In this document: positions 1-12,721 of the stretch, piece after piece
How the letters are laid out: every line of letters starts with the position of its first letter
Numbering within the stretch: the first letter of the stretch is position 1
Assembly: GCA_963765765.1 (NCBI GenBank)
Contig: CAVXYC010000032.1
Location: forward strand, 32,001-96,000
DNA: 64,000 nucleotides
Source: an uncultured Chloroflexia bacterium
Lineage (GTDB): Bacteria > Chloroflexota > UBA6077 > JACCZL01
Reading direction: 5' to 3'
The notes under the pieces: model-generated
What the model was told of the DNA's origin: nothing
Databases searched by the model: none
The model's input: the letters and a program-made list of their open reading frames with translations, nothing else
Program-made: the position numbers and the translations under genes

Positions 1-468
1 GACCGGCTGATTGCAGGAGAAGATCGTAGCCGTGATAAGCGTGAAGGCGAAAATCTGCCACACTTCCAGAGTGCCGGACGTCACCAGCACGCCCATCAAG
101 AAGGTGGCGACAACCAGTATTGGGGAGTACACGAGTAGCAGTCGGCGGCGATCCATCCGGTCGGCTATGACGCCGGCGATGGGGCCGGAAATCAAGAAGG
201 GCGCTGCTCGCAGTCCATTGAGTGCGCCTAACAGAACGGCTGAGCCAGAAAGGTCATACAACAGCCAGCCAAGCGTGACCTGTTGAATCCATTGGCCTGC
301 GCCCATGAAGAACGAAGCTGACCAGAGCAGTCGGTAGTTGCGATGTCGGAGCGAGGAGAATACTGGACCAAAGAAACGCGCACCGGGCGCGGACGTCGCC
401 TCGCTGACTCCGCCGGGCCCATGTGGAGCTGAATCTACGACTGCCTGCTGTACAGCTTCGAGGCTCAA
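1..468 (-). CDS. MFS transporter, N-terminal part (runs off left edge)
   Basis: Manual translation not in the track: FSSLRHRNYRLLWSASFFMGAGQWIQQVTLGWLLYDLSGSAVLLG...GVIADRMDRRRLL (MFS motif A). Probable TTG start overlaps the merR stop. Confidence 0.85.
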   Translation of the reverse strand, partial: MSLEAVQQAVVDSAPHGPGGVSEATSAPGARFFGPVFSSLRHRNYRLLWSASFFMGAGQWIQQVTLGWLLYDLSGSAVLLGALNGLRAAPFLISGPIAGVIADRMDRRRLLLVYSPILVVATFLMGVLVTSGTLEVWQIFAFTLITATIFSCNQPV

Positions 469-932
469 ACTCCGGCCTGTCCCGCTGGCACCTTCTCCAG
501 CTCGTTGAGCTGTTCTAGCCGCTGACGGTAGCGATCAAGTTTGGCCCGCCATTCTGATCCAAGCATCTGAAGCTGCTCCACTTTTTCGTTGAGGAGCTGT
601 TCCTCGCGTTCGAGCAGCTCAACGGCCTGAAGAAGCTGCTGCCGCTTGGCTTCCACGTCGGATTCCTGGCGTGCCTGCTGACCGATCTCAGAGATGGTCT
701 CCTCTGCTTCGATCATGCGCTTGGTTTCAGGAATGCTCAACTTGAGCACATTCCGAAAGCGGGCGATGCGCTCAACGCGACGAAGATCGTCCTGCGTATA
801 CAGTCGAAATCCTCCGTCGAGGCGCGTCGCGGGCTGTAGTAACCCACGCTCCTCGTAGAAGCGCAATGTGCGCTGGGTGAGACCCGTGCGTTCGGCGATT
901 TCGCCTATCTGCATAAAGGGCTTGTCCATCAT
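465..932 (-). CDS. MerR-family transcriptional regulator
   Basis: MQIGEIAERTGLTQRTLRFYEERGLL...GGFRLY MerR HTH followed by a coiled coil. Confidence 0.93.
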   Translation of the reverse strand: MMDKPFMQIGEIAERTGLTQRTLRFYEERGLLQPATRLDGGFRLYTQDDLRRVERIARFRNVLKLSIPETKRMIEAEETISEIGQQARQESDVEAKRQQLLQAVELLEREEQLLNEKVEQLQMLGSEWRAKLDRYRQRLEQLNELEKVPAGQAGV

Positions 933-977
933 TCCTCGCTCCGCGGGCGTCGGCGAGTGCGTACTCTGCCAGCCTTT

Positions 978-1009
978 ATATTATCGACAACTCTTCCGTT
1001 AACGTCAAG
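978..1009 (-). promoter_or_regulatory. MerR-type promoter/operator
   Basis: Minus strand TTGACG (1008-1003), 19-bp spacer, TAATAT (983-978); dyad centred on CGTTAACG overlaps the -35 and spacer. Confidence 0.7.
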
Positions 1010-1175
1010 GTGATAACCATCGCGGTAAGGTGCGGCCTGAATTGCTAGCGCAGGCGTCTCTGCCTCTCCACTTTCCGATCGCGCTGTGATGCACCGGACA
1101 AGCAGAGACGCATGCTGCACGGGTCCGGAGCCCCTTTTCGGTGCCGTTGATCGGAGCGTGCGACAATGTCTCGAT

Positions 1176-2177
1176 ATGCAGCTTGGAGATAGCAGCGCTT
1201 CACGCGCCATTGACGTTGACAGCCTGACCAAGCGATTCGGGAACTTCACGGCCGTCGACGATGTGACTTTCAACGTGGATGAAGCTGAAGTCTTCGGATT
1301 TCTTGGCCCAAACGGAGCAGGCAAGAGCACGACGATAAGTGTGTTGTGCACGCTCCTGCGTCCGACGTCCGGACGCGTCCAAGTGAATGGTTTCGATGTG
1401 GCACGCCAGTCTGATGACGTCCGTCGGTCCATCGGATTAATCTTTCAAGATCCCAGTCTCGACGGCCAGCTCACGGCCAAAGAGAATCTAGAGTTCCACT
1501 CGTTCCTTTACAACGTTCCCCGCCGTGACGCAGCGGAGCGGCAGGAGTCACTCCTACGGATGGTGGACCTCTGGGATCGTCGTAATGCCATCGTCAAGGC
1601 GTTTTCCGGAGGCATGAAGCGTCGGCTCGAGATCGTACGCGGCCTGCTCCATCGGCCTCGGATCCTCTTTCTGGATGAGCCCACGATTGGTCTGGATCCA
1701 CAAACGCGGCGCCTCATCTGGCAGTACATTCTTGACCTTCACAAGAGTGAGGGGATCACGCTGTTCCTGACGACGCACTATCTGGAAGAGGCCGAGTACT
1801 GTGACCGGATCGCGATCATCGATCACGGACAAATCGTGGCTCTCGATACACCCAAGCGGCTTAAAGAGCGTGTCGGTGGCGACGTCATCACGCTACGGAC
1901 GCCCGACAACGAGAGCGCTGCCGGGCGTATCCAGGCCGCGCACGGCCTCATCCCTGAGCGGCAGGACGGAATGCTGCGCATCGAAGTGCCGCGCGGCGAC
2001 GAGGTAATTCCTCGATTGGTGCAGACCCTGGGCGGCGACATCAGCTCCATCAACCTGAGCCGCCCGACGTTGGACGACGTCTTCTTGAAATTGACGGGGC
2101 ACGCAATTCGAGATGAAGACAGCAGCGAGATGGACACGATGAGGCAGGGGATGCGCATGTGGGGCGGGAGACGCTAG
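1176..2177 (+). CDS. ABC transporter ATP-binding protein, DrrA family
   Basis: GPNGAGKST Walker A, FSGGMKRR signature, LFLDEPT; start uncertain. Confidence 0.93.
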   Translation: MQLGDSSASRAIDVDSLTKRFGNFTAVDDVTFNVDEAEVFGFLGPNGAGKSTTISVLCTLLRPTSGRVQVNGFDVARQSDDVRRSIGLIFQDPSLDGQLTAKENLEFHSFLYNVPRRDAAERQESLLRMVDLWDRRNAIVKAFSGGMKRRLEIVRGLLHRPRILFLDEPTIGLDPQTRRLIWQYILDLHKSEGITLFLTTHYLEEAEYCDRIAIIDHGQIVALDTPKRLKERVGGDVITLRTPDNESAAGRIQAAHGLIPERQDGMLRIEVPRGDEVIPRLVQTLGGDISSINLSRPTLDDVFLKLTGHAIRDEDSSEMDTMRQGMRMWGGRR

Positions 2178-2197
2178 GGCACAATGAAGACTGAAAT

Positions 2198-3097
2198 GTG
2201 CAGAGTAAAACATTGAATCAAGCGAACACTGCGTCGGAACTGGTGCGTTCGGAGCGTAAGCAGACTTCCGCGGGCCATTCGGCGCTTTTCACCCTCCACT
2301 CTTCACTCCGGGGCGTCTACATCATCTGGTATCGCGATGTCCTACGCTTCGTCCGCGATCGACCGCGGATCATTGCCGCCATGGCCCAGCCCGCACTGTA
2401 TCTGCTCATCTTTGGCAGCGGTGTCTCTTCGGCCATGCGCGGTCCGACCGCGTCCGGGGCCGATTACCTTCAGTTCCTCTTTCCGGGCGTGGTTGGGATG
2501 ACGGTGCTATTCACATCTGTCTTCACGGCCATGTCCATTGTCTGGGACCGCGAATTTGGCTTTTTGAAGGAAGTGCTCGTGGCGCCCGTAAGCCGAACCG
2601 CTGTAGCCATTGGCAAGGCGCTTGGTGGAAGCACCCAGGCGGTGCTGCAGGGAAGCATTGTGCTGCTGCTTGCCCCGCTGGCCGGAGTGTCGCTCAGCCT
2701 CGCCACTATCGTGACCGTGCTTCCGCTGATGTTCTTGCTCGCCTTCGCCCTCACGAGCCTCAGCATCGCACTGGCCGCACGGATGCGCTCCATGGAGGGA
2801 TTTCAGGTCATGATGAACTTCTTCATGATGCCGCTGTTCTTTCTCAGCGGCGCTCTTTTCCCGCTCGATGGGCTTCCCGTCTGGCTGACTGTACTTACGC
2901 TACTGGATCCAGCAACCTACGGCATCGATCCAATCCGGCGAGTCATCATGATCGGCTCAGGCTACAGCCCCGACGCTCTACCGGCCCTGGAGATCTTCGG
3001 CTTCCCGCTCACGATCGCGCATGAGGTCGCGATTCTCGCGTGCTTTGCGGCTGTAATGCTGGCGCTCGCGGTGCGCTCCTTCGCGCAGCAGGACTAG
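2198..3097 (+). CDS. ABC-2 type permease
   Basis: About 6 TM segments, DREFGFLKEVLVAPVSR, FLSGALFP; follows the ATPase. Confidence 0.92.
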   Translation: MQSKTLNQANTASELVRSERKQTSAGHSALFTLHSSLRGVYIIWYRDVLRFVRDRPRIIAAMAQPALYLLIFGSGVSSAMRGPTASGADYLQFLFPGVVGMTVLFTSVFTAMSIVWDREFGFLKEVLVAPVSRTAVAIGKALGGSTQAVLQGSIVLLLAPLAGVSLSLATIVTVLPLMFLLAFALTSLSIALAARMRSMEGFQVMMNFFMMPLFFLSGALFPLDGLPVWLTVLTLLDPATYGIDPIRRVIMIGSGYSPDALPALEIFGFPLTIAHEVAILACFAAVMLALAVRSFAQQD

Positions 3098-3120
3098 GCG
3101 CGGCGTTGCCAGTGCGGAGT

Positions 3121-3627
3121 TTATTCCGCCAGTGCCCGCAACGCTTCGCCATCCACGCGACAGGTGGTCCAGTCGTCCATGAGCCGTGCGCCCAGCCGTT
3201 GGTAGAAACCGATTGCCGGAGTGTTCCAGTCCAGCACAGACCATTCCAGTCTGCCGCAGCCGCGTTCAACCGCGATGCTCGCCAGACGTTGGAGTAACGC
3301 TTTGCCGAGTCCGCGTCCGCGTCGCTCAGGGAGCACGAAGAGATCTTCTAAATAGAGGCCGGGCTGCACGCGAAACGTCGAATAATTATGGAAGAAGAGT
3401 GCGAAGCCGGCCGGCCCGGACTCATCTTCAACGATGATCGCCTCGCAAAACACGCGCCTTCCAAACAGGTGCTCGCGAAGATCATTAGCTGAGCCGATCA
3501 CCTCATGGCGGAGCTTCTCGTAGTCAGCAAGTCCACATATCAACTCGAAGATCAGCGGAACGTCGTCACAAGTGGCGTTGCGAACCTGAATATGCCGTTC
3601 ACTGTGCTTGGCAAGTTCGGACATCAT
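3121..3627 (-). CDS. GNAT acetyltransferase (diamine N-acetyltransferase-like)
   Basis: LYLEDLFVLPERRGRGLGKALL, RLEWSVLDWNTPAIGFY; start approximate. Confidence 0.9.
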   Translation of the reverse strand: MMSELAKHSERHIQVRNATCDDVPLIFELICGLADYEKLRHEVIGSANDLREHLFGRRVFCEAIIVEDESGPAGFALFFHNYSTFRVQPGLYLEDLFVLPERRGRGLGKALLQRLASIAVERGCGRLEWSVLDWNTPAIGFYQRLGARLMDDWTTCRVDGEALRALAE

Positions 3628-3737
3628 GACGCCAAATGGTACAGCCTTCATTCTGGTCTGCGGAGCCCGAATTCTCGATAATATGTCAAGTTCAATCCGG
3701 GCCGGCGTGCCCGCGATTCAGGTTTGATCCCCCACGT

Positions 3738-4451
3738 ATGACCCTACTCCCACTTTTGCGCCCGCGCGCGTATCGGCGCGCGCCTTCAGGTCCACTTATT
3801 TCCATCGTTCTCGGTGTCCTGGCTGTTGCAGTCCTGACCATCGGTTGCTCGCGGCCGGTGGTCGCGGCGACGCCTATGACCTACGTTGCCATTGGCGCTT
3901 CAGATGCGGTGGGTGTGGGCGCGGCCTCGCCTGAGCATGAAGGTTGGGTTCCGCGCCTTGGGGCGCAGCTGGGATCCGACGTCCGAGTGGTCAATCTGGG
4001 TATCAGCGGCTCAACCCTGGCGCAGGCGTTGAAGGAGCAGGTTGAGCCGGCTGTCGATGCGCAACCGGAGCTGGTGACAATCTGGCTAGCTGTCAATGAC
4101 CTGAACGCCCGCGTGCCCCTGACGCGCTACGAAGCAGACCTTGACCGTCTTCTGGCTACTGTGAGCCAAGACGGTCGTTGTGTACTGGTGGGAAACGTTC
4201 CGGATCTCACCCGAGCGCCCGCTTACGCGCGGGTCGACCCTCAGGTGCTACGCGCGACGATCCAGGAATGGAATTCCGTCATTGGGTCCGTAGTGAGCCG
4301 CCACGGCGCCAGGCTCGTGGACCTCGACGCGCGGTGGAAGGAGCTGACTGAACGACCGGAGCTCATCTCAGCGGACGGGTTCCATCCGAGCAGCGAAGGG
4401 TATGAGCTGCTGGCCACGCTGTTCCTGGAGGCGTATCGTGGTGGCTGCTGA
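3738..4451 (+). CDS. SGNH/GDSL hydrolase, probable lipoprotein
   Basis: [28 protein letters not shown]; hydrophobic stretch ending TIGC. Confidence 0.85.
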   Translation: MTLLPLLRPRAYRRAPSGPLISIVLGVLAVAVLTIGCSRPVVAATPMTYVAIGASDAVGVGAASPEHEGWVPRLGAQLGSDVRVVNLGISGSTLAQALKEQVEPAVDAQPELVTIWLAVNDLNARVPLTRYEADLDRLLATVSQDGRCVLVGNVPDLTRAPAYARVDPQVLRATIQEWNSVIGSVVSRHGARLVDLDARWKELTERPELISADGFHPSSEGYELLATLFLEAYRGGC

Positions 4452-5184
4452 GATGGTGGTCGCCGCTCATGGGCTCAGCAAGACCTATAAGTCCGGACGC
4501 CTGCGGGTACATGCGCTGAAACGTGTCTCATTGGGGATCGCGAGGGGCGAGATCGTGGCGATTGTGGGACCCAGCGGCTGTGGGAAAACGACGCTCCTGC
4601 ACTGCCTGGCGGGACTTGAGGACTTCGACGAAGGGGAAGTCTGGATCGAGCACCAGGATCTTCGCCGACTTGACGATGGTCAGCGGGCGAACCACCGCGC
4701 GCGGCGTATGGGGTTCGTGTTTCAAAATTACAACTTGCTGCCCGTGCTGGATGCGCTGGAAAACGTGGAGCTTCCGCTCCTACTCGCTGGGCGCTCCGGT
4801 GCCGATGCACGCAAGCGGGCAATGCGGGCACTCGAATCGGTGGGCCTCGAGCATCGGCTGCGTCATCGCCCCAATGAGCTCTCCGGAGGACAACAGCAGC
4901 GCGTTGCCATTGCTCGCGCACTAGCTCCGGAGCCAGCCGTCATCTGGGCGGACGAGCCCACGGGGAATCTTGACACAGAATCCGCCGAGGAGATCATGCA
5001 GCTCGTGGAGAGGCTGAACCGCGAGAACGGTCAGACCTTTGTCCTCGTCACGCACGCATCAGAAGTGGCGGCCCGGGCTCATCGGATTATCCGCATGAGG
5101 GATGGCGAAATTGTGTCGGACGAAGCCCGTGGCCTTACTGGACCTACGCCCGCTCCCTCTCCCCCTGGGAGAGGGCTGGGGTGA
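4441..5184 (+). CDS. ABC ATP-binding protein (LolD/MacB-type)
   Basis: [33 protein letters not shown]. Confidence 0.92.
   Translation: MAAEMVVAAHGLSKTYKSGRLRVHALKRVSLGIARGEIVAIVGPSGCGKTTLLHCLAGLEDFDEGEVWIEHQDLRRLDDGQRANHRARRMGFVFQNYNLLPVLDALENVELPLLLAGRSGADARKRAMRALESVGLEHRLRHRPNELSGGQQQRVAIARALAPEPAVIWADEPTGNLDTESAEEIMQLVERLNRENGQTFVLVTHASEVAARAHRIIRMRDGEIVSDEARGLTGPTPAPSPPGRGLG
5155..5175. repeat. REP-like palindrome
   Basis: CCCTCTCCC-cct-GGGAGAGGG followed by ctggggtgag, at the 3' end of the ATPase gene. Confidence 0.55.
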
Positions 5185-5214
5185 GAATAGCCAGCACACT
5201 CTCCCTTAACTAGC

Positions 5215-8200
5215 ATGCGTTCACTCTTCGGGCTCTCTCAGGACGCACTCGTTGTCGGCGTTGGCGCGGCAATGCTGGTTCTCGTCCTTGTACTCGGCGT
5301 GCTCACGTTTCGTCAGCCTCTCTTTGCCCGTCTAGCCGTCCGACGAGCTTTCAGGCGTCCCGGGCTCGCGGTGCTGATCACGGCTGGTCTGACCGTCAGC
5401 ACGATCGTTCTTTCCAGCGCGTTCACGACCGGAGACACGGTCAGTCTGTCCGTTCGATCGGTTGTAGCCGGCGTGGTGGGCTCGGCGGACGAAATCGTTT
5501 TTCTGCCAAAGCGCCAGCGGCGCTCCGGGGCGGAGCTTGCCCAGGCGCTCGCCAGCGGAACTTTTCTTACGGGCTGGAATGAGTACTTCTCAGAATCTGA
5601 GCTCGGCCGCATCCAAAGCGCGTTGGCTGATAACCCGCGGGTCGCCTCGGTGATGCCCGCGATATTAGAGCATGTGGCAGTGTCCACCGCGGATCTGGGA
5701 TTCCGTGGACAGGTTGCCGTTCTGGGCCTGCCGGTGGACGAGGTTGCGTCGGCTGGTGGCCTGTGGACGACGGACGGACAGGCCATAGATCTCAGCAAGT
5801 TAGCTGACGATGCAGTCCTGATGAACACCGAGGCGGCAGCGGCGCTTGCCGTGGCGCCGGGTGATTCGCTCCGCCTGCTTGGTCTGGCGCGTGAGACGGA
5901 CCTTCGTATTGCGGCCATCACTCGCCTAGGGGACATTGGCGGCGGACAGGCCGCGATGTTCCTCCCGCTTCCGCGGCTGCAGGCAATCGCCGAACGTACC
6001 GGAGAGATCAATCAGATCCTCGTCAGTAATCGCGGCGGCGCCACCGAGCGCATCCGCGGCTCCTGGCCCGTGACAGTGGCACTTCGATCGGCGTTGCTTG
6101 ACGACGAAGCTGGCGCCAGGCTCTTCCAGGCCCTCTCCCAGCCCGCGGTGCGAGATGCGCTGGCGCGTGAGTCGATTCGGAGCCCCGGCAGTGGTCGAGC
6201 TCAGGAGAAGCTGAACCTTCTGGTGCAATCTCTCCAGCGCGATCAGGCCAATCCAGAGTTCGAGGCGTTGGTGCAAGACCCTGAGCTGTTGGGCAGGGTG
6301 GCGTCCAGCCTGAACGTCAGCCCGGGTGCGCTCGAGCAGAGCCCGCTGTTTGGGCCGGGTGGAGGGCGACGTCTCCGTGTGCTGGATGTTCAACAGATGG
6401 CGCAGGATCAGGCAGATCGCTGGGCAAGTGCGTTCACATCTCTATTCGTTGCTCTTGGCCTCTTCTCACTGAGTACAGGAGTGCTGCTGATCGTGCTCAT
6501 CTTCTCGCTGCTGGCGCTCGAGCGTCGTGGCGAGCTGGGCACCGTCCGCGCACTTGGAGGGCGCCGCTCCGACGTGGTGACGATGCTGGTGTTCGAGGGT
6601 GTGATTCACAGCGCGTTGGCGGCCGCGGTGGGGTTGGCTCTTGGTGTTGCACTCGCGCTTGCGCTTCTGGCGGTGGCTGGCGGGCTGCTCTCTCAGTACG
6701 GCTTCCGCCTGGAGCCCGCCATCGAGCCGGCGAGCCTGCTGGTAAGCGCTGGGCTGGGATTCCTACTTACCGCGGTGACCGTGGCATACGGATCCTGGCG
6801 AGCGAGTCGTTTTTCGATCGTCGCAGCGATCCGCGATCTGCCCGATCCTGGCGACCGAGCGACCACCTGGCTCGGGCTCGTGCCGGGGGTTATTACTGTG
6901 ATTGCGAGCTTTGCGGTGGGATGGCTTGGAGTCGTTCGAAGCTGGTCTCTGGCCTATGTGGTGGGCGCCGCGCTAGCGGTCGTCGGCGCGGCGCTGCTCG
7001 GCCGATTTGTGTTGCGACGATTCCTCAGTGGGCGTGGTGAGCGTGTGTTGTGGAGCCTGGCGGGCATCGTACTCGTCCTCTTTGGGTGCGTTCCAGCGGA
7101 GTGGCTTCGTACGTTAGGCGTCACTACCGTGCAGAGCTCTGTTGAGCTGAGTGTCTGGCGGGGTTTGTGCGCGGTGCTGGGCGGAGTGTGGGCGCTGGCC
7201 ATGAACGCAGGTGTAATTCGCCTGGCAGCACGCCGATTCATCGCGCTGCGTCTCGGGGCAGCTGAGCTGGCGGCACATCGATTTCGAACCGGCATGACAC
7301 TGACTATGTTTGCGTTGGTGGTGCTGAGTCTTACCGTGGCCGGCGTGCTGCTTACCGTGACTCACGTGGCATTTGGGGATCCCGAGGTAACGAGTGGCGG
7401 CTGGCATCTTCGCGGTGAGAAAGACGGTCCGCCGTTGGATCTCACCACCGCCCTCGAGAGTGGTCCGGTCGATCCTGAGTGGTTCAAAGGCACGGCGACG
7501 GCCGCAACCATTCCTGTTCAGGCAATTCAGACCGGCGCTCCGGGCGCACGTTGGGGCACAGCAAACGTCACGTTGGTCGATGACGCGTTCACCGAATCAG
7601 TCACCTCGCTGGCGCGGGCCGGCGCGGAAGATTCACGGGCGCTCTGGCGACGTCTCGCCGAAACGCCTGGAAGCGCCATCGTAGGGCGCGGGCCTGCTCA
7701 CTTCCACGGGGAATGACGCGCGCATAAACGCGAGCGACGGCGCGGGGTTCCAGCCGTTCTCCATCTGGGTTCGGGATACTCGATCGACGCAGCCGGCTAT
7801 ACGACTCGAAGTTATCGGTATCGCAGATGGACGCGGACCGTACAGCCGGACGATCGTCGTGGGTCAGGACGGACTTCAAGCCTGGCCTGAGCCTGACCGG
7901 TATAGCTACCTGTTTGCAATGAAGGACCCTGAGCTGGCGCGCGACACGGCGTTGGCGGTGAGTTTCGCGGTGCCCGAGCTCAATATCCTGGTCATCGGCG
8001 ACGAGCTTCGCTTGATGCAAGGCGTGCGCGGGCTGCTCACTACGGTGCTCCAGGGCTACATGGCCATAGGGCTCATCTCGGGGCTAGCCGCCCTGGCGGT
8101 CATCAGCGCGCGTGCCGTAGTGGAGCGTCGTCGTCAGCTCGGCACGCTCAGAGCGCTCGGCGCGAGCGGCCGATCGATCACCATCATGCTCTTGCTCGAG

Positions 8201-8434
8201 GCAGGGCTCGTGGCCGTCGCCGGTGCGCTCCTCGGTGTCGCCGTCGGGCTGGTGGTTGCAAACCAGATCGTAGGTGTCCTCGTGCGTCAGACGCCGGAGC
8301 TTCGATTCACAATTCCGTGGGATCAGCTCGGGATTTTGATCGGAGTGGTGCTCATCACCGGCCTGTTGACCACGGTCGTTCCAGCCCGCCAGGCCGGCCG
8401 CCTGGCGCCAGCGGAGGCGTTGCGGGAGGGCTGA
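5215..8434 (+). CDS. FtsX-like ABC permease, frameshifted near 7690-7720
   Basis: Two FtsX domains (ERRGELGTVRALGG; ERRRQLGTLRALGA) split over ORFs 5215-7716 and 7859-8434. Confidence 0.85.
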
Positions 8435-8485
8435 GTATGGCTCCTTAGTGGTACGATAGTATTACTCTTACCAGTAAGGATTGGA

Positions 8486-8730
8486 ATGGCGATGCGAATT
8501 ACCTCAAAAGGCCAGGTCACGATCCCGCAGCACGTTCGGGAAGCGGCCGCTTGCTGCCCAATACAGAAGTCGATTTTGTGATCGAGCCTGCTGGCGTTCG
8601 TATCGTGAAAGCCAAATCAGCCCAACGACCTACCCGTGGTGACCTGGCTGTCGAACGACTGCGCCGCGCCCGAAGCCATTTCTCAATGACCACCGAAGAG
8701 ATCATGGAGCTCACGCGAGGAGACAATTGA
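8486..8730 (+). CDS. vapB: AbrB/MazE-type antitoxin (frameshift ~8550)
   Basis: Manual translation MRITSKGQVTIPQHVREAA/LLPNTEVDFVIE...MTTEEIMELTRGDN; stop overlaps the toxin start; dyad CTTAC-ca-GTAAG at 8467-8478 upstream. Confidence 0.85.
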
Positions 8731-9131
8731 CTGCCGTGATGGTCGACAGCAATGTGCTCATCGATGTCACCGCCGGTAACCCGACCTGGGAGGATCGGTC
8801 CAGCTCGAGGATCAAGCGGCTGGCAGACGAGGCCCTGCTTCTTATCAATCCGCTCATCTTTGCTGAAGTGTCGATTGGCTTCGACTCGATCGAGGCACTC
8901 GACGATGCTCTTCCCACGGACCTATATCAACGAGTGGAGCTGCCGTATGAGGCAGCATTTCTGGCTGGCAAGGCCTTTCGCGATTACCGCCGCGCGGGGA
9001 CTTCGAAGCTCACCGATGCCGGACTTCTACATTGGCGCACACGCTGCTATCGCAGGCTACCGCCTTTTGACGCGCGACCGGCTCGATACCGTACCTATTT
9101 CCCAAGGTTGGAGCTCATTGCTCCTGAATGA
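8727..9131 (+). CDS. vapC: PIN-domain toxin (two compensating indels)
   Basis: VMVDSNVLIDV N-terminus; the conserved PDFYIGAHAAIAGYRLLTRD lies in an alternative frame at ~9010-9080. Confidence 0.88.
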   Translation: MTAVMVDSNVLIDVTAGNPTWEDRSSSRIKRLADEALLLINPLIFAEVSIGFDSIEALDDALPTDLYQRVELPYEAAFLAGKAFRDYRRAGTSKLTDAGLLHWRTRCYRRLPPFDARPARYRTYFPRLELIAPE

Positions 9132-9141
9132 AGGAAGTGTC

Positions 9142-10010
9142 ATGACGATCAACCTGGCGAACGTGCAGGGCATCGACGTCCACGTCCACATCACCACCGG
9201 CGACCGCGCCCGCGCGGCGAGCGAGGGAACGAGCGCACGTCCGCGGCGCTGGCATACTTCAAGGTCGAGAAAATGCACGCGTCCGGCGAGGAGATCGCCG
9301 AGCTGTATCGCGGGCTCAACCTGGCCGCGGTGATCTTCGACGTGGACAGCGAGACGCGCGGGGGCGCGCGAATCTCGAACGACGAGACGGCGGACGCGGC
9401 CCGCAGCAATCCGGATGTCCTGATTGGCTTTGCCAGCGTGGACCCGTGGAAAGGCGAGCTGGCGATCAAGGAGGCGCGGCGGTGCGTGGAATACCTCGGA
9501 TTGAAGGGCTTCAAGTTCCATCCGCCCATCCAGGCATTCGATCCGTCCGACCCGCGCTTCTTCCCGCTGTTCTCGGCAATTTCCGAGCTGGGCGTCCCGG
9601 CCATCTTCCATACCGGCATGAGTGGCATCGGCGCGGGCACGCCCGGCGGCAGCGGCATCCGCCTGCGCTACGGCCAGCCGATGCTGCTGGACGACCTGGC
9701 CGTGGAGTTCCCCGAATTGACGATCATCGGCGCGCACCCGTCCTGGCCCTGGCAGGAGGAGATGCTCGCCATTGCCCGTCACAAGTCAAACGTATACCTG
9801 GACATGTCCGGCTGGGCGCCCAAGTACTTCCCGCCGTCGCTCGTCCAGCAGGCCAACTCGCTGCTCCAGGACAAGTGCCTCTTCGGCAGCGACTTCCCCG
9901 TCATCTCCCCGGAGCGCTGGCTGAACGAGTTCGCCGAGCTACCGTTCAAGGAGTCCGTGCGGCCGAAGATCCTAAAGGAGAACGCGGCGAGGGTGCTGAG
10001 TCTCGGATAG
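9142..10010 (+). CDS. Amidohydrolase family protein (frameshift ~9245)
   Basis: IDVHVH in the upstream frame; GFKFHP, FHTG, GAHPSWPW, LFGSDFP. Confidence 0.88.
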
Positions 10011-10024
10011 CGATTCCCGTCAGC

Positions 10025-10227
10025 ACGTACAAAGTGATCTTGCCGCGACGGTCGATATTCATCGGCCGCAAGTGCGGAATTCCTCTCCCATCTTCGTTGT
10101 GCTCGCCACTGGCGAAGCCAGCCCGAATATCGTCGACTACATCTCCGAGCAAAACTACCGCCCAAGAGGGCGGTAGTTTCAACACGTCAATTGGGTAGTG
10201 TGGGTCAATCTGAAAGGTCGTGGTCAT
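10025..10227 (-). pseudogene. N-terminal fragment of a type I R-M specificity subunit (HsdS-like)
   Basis: LPPSWAVVLLGDVVDDIRAGFASGEHNEDGRGIPHLRPMNIDRRGKI resembles an HsdS TRD start; ends after ~65 aa. Confidence 0.65.
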
Positions 10228-10350
10228 CGACTTCCGGGTGTCACAAAGCTGAGACGCACTGCTGGACGGCCCAAGGCGGTTTACCAAACAGATCGGAAAG
10301 CTGACTGTCGGAAGGACGACGATTCGCCCGAACTGGTGAGAACTCAGCTT

Positions 10351-12318
<1,968 letters not shown>

Positions 12319-12388
12319 ACGGTGCCTCCCGGCTCTGAAGCTGATGATAGCGCGAGATGGCCGAATTCGCGGAGTGCGGCGGATCGAC

Positions 12389-12646
12389 CTAACGCAGTGC
12401 CGGCAGCAGCACCAGGCGCAACGCCAGCAGTACGAGAATGGCCAGCATCGGAACGAAGGCGGAGCTGATGAAGCGTGGTGTCACACGTCGCACCGCGCTC
12501 AGGACCGGTCTAGTTGCAGTATCGAACAGATCCGTGATGAAGTTCCGTCGACCACGCGCAAGTATGCGTAGCACGCATTGGCCGATGATGAGCCAGATCA
12601 GCAGCGATAGTGCGAAGTTCAGGAGGTGCGCAACGATGGCGAGCAT
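12389..12646 (-). CDS. YggT-like small membrane protein
   Basis: Two TM helices with ATRPVLSAVRRVTP between them; within the acetate operon. Confidence 0.65.
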   Translation of the reverse strand: MLAIVAHLLNFALSLLIWLIIGQCVLRILARGRRNFITDLFDTATRPVLSAVRRVTPRFISSAFVPMLAILVLLALRLVLLPALR

Positions 12647-12674
12647 GAATTGGTTATTCGGAAAGGACGCGTGA

Positions 12675-12706
12675 CGGTGAGGCCGGTATGCATACCGGCC
12701 TCACCG
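12675..12706. repeat. Perfect 32-bp palindrome in intergenic spacer
   Basis: CGGTGAGGCCGGTATGCATACCGGCCTCACCG. Confidence 0.8.
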
Positions 12707-12721
12707 CACGTTCGGTATCTC

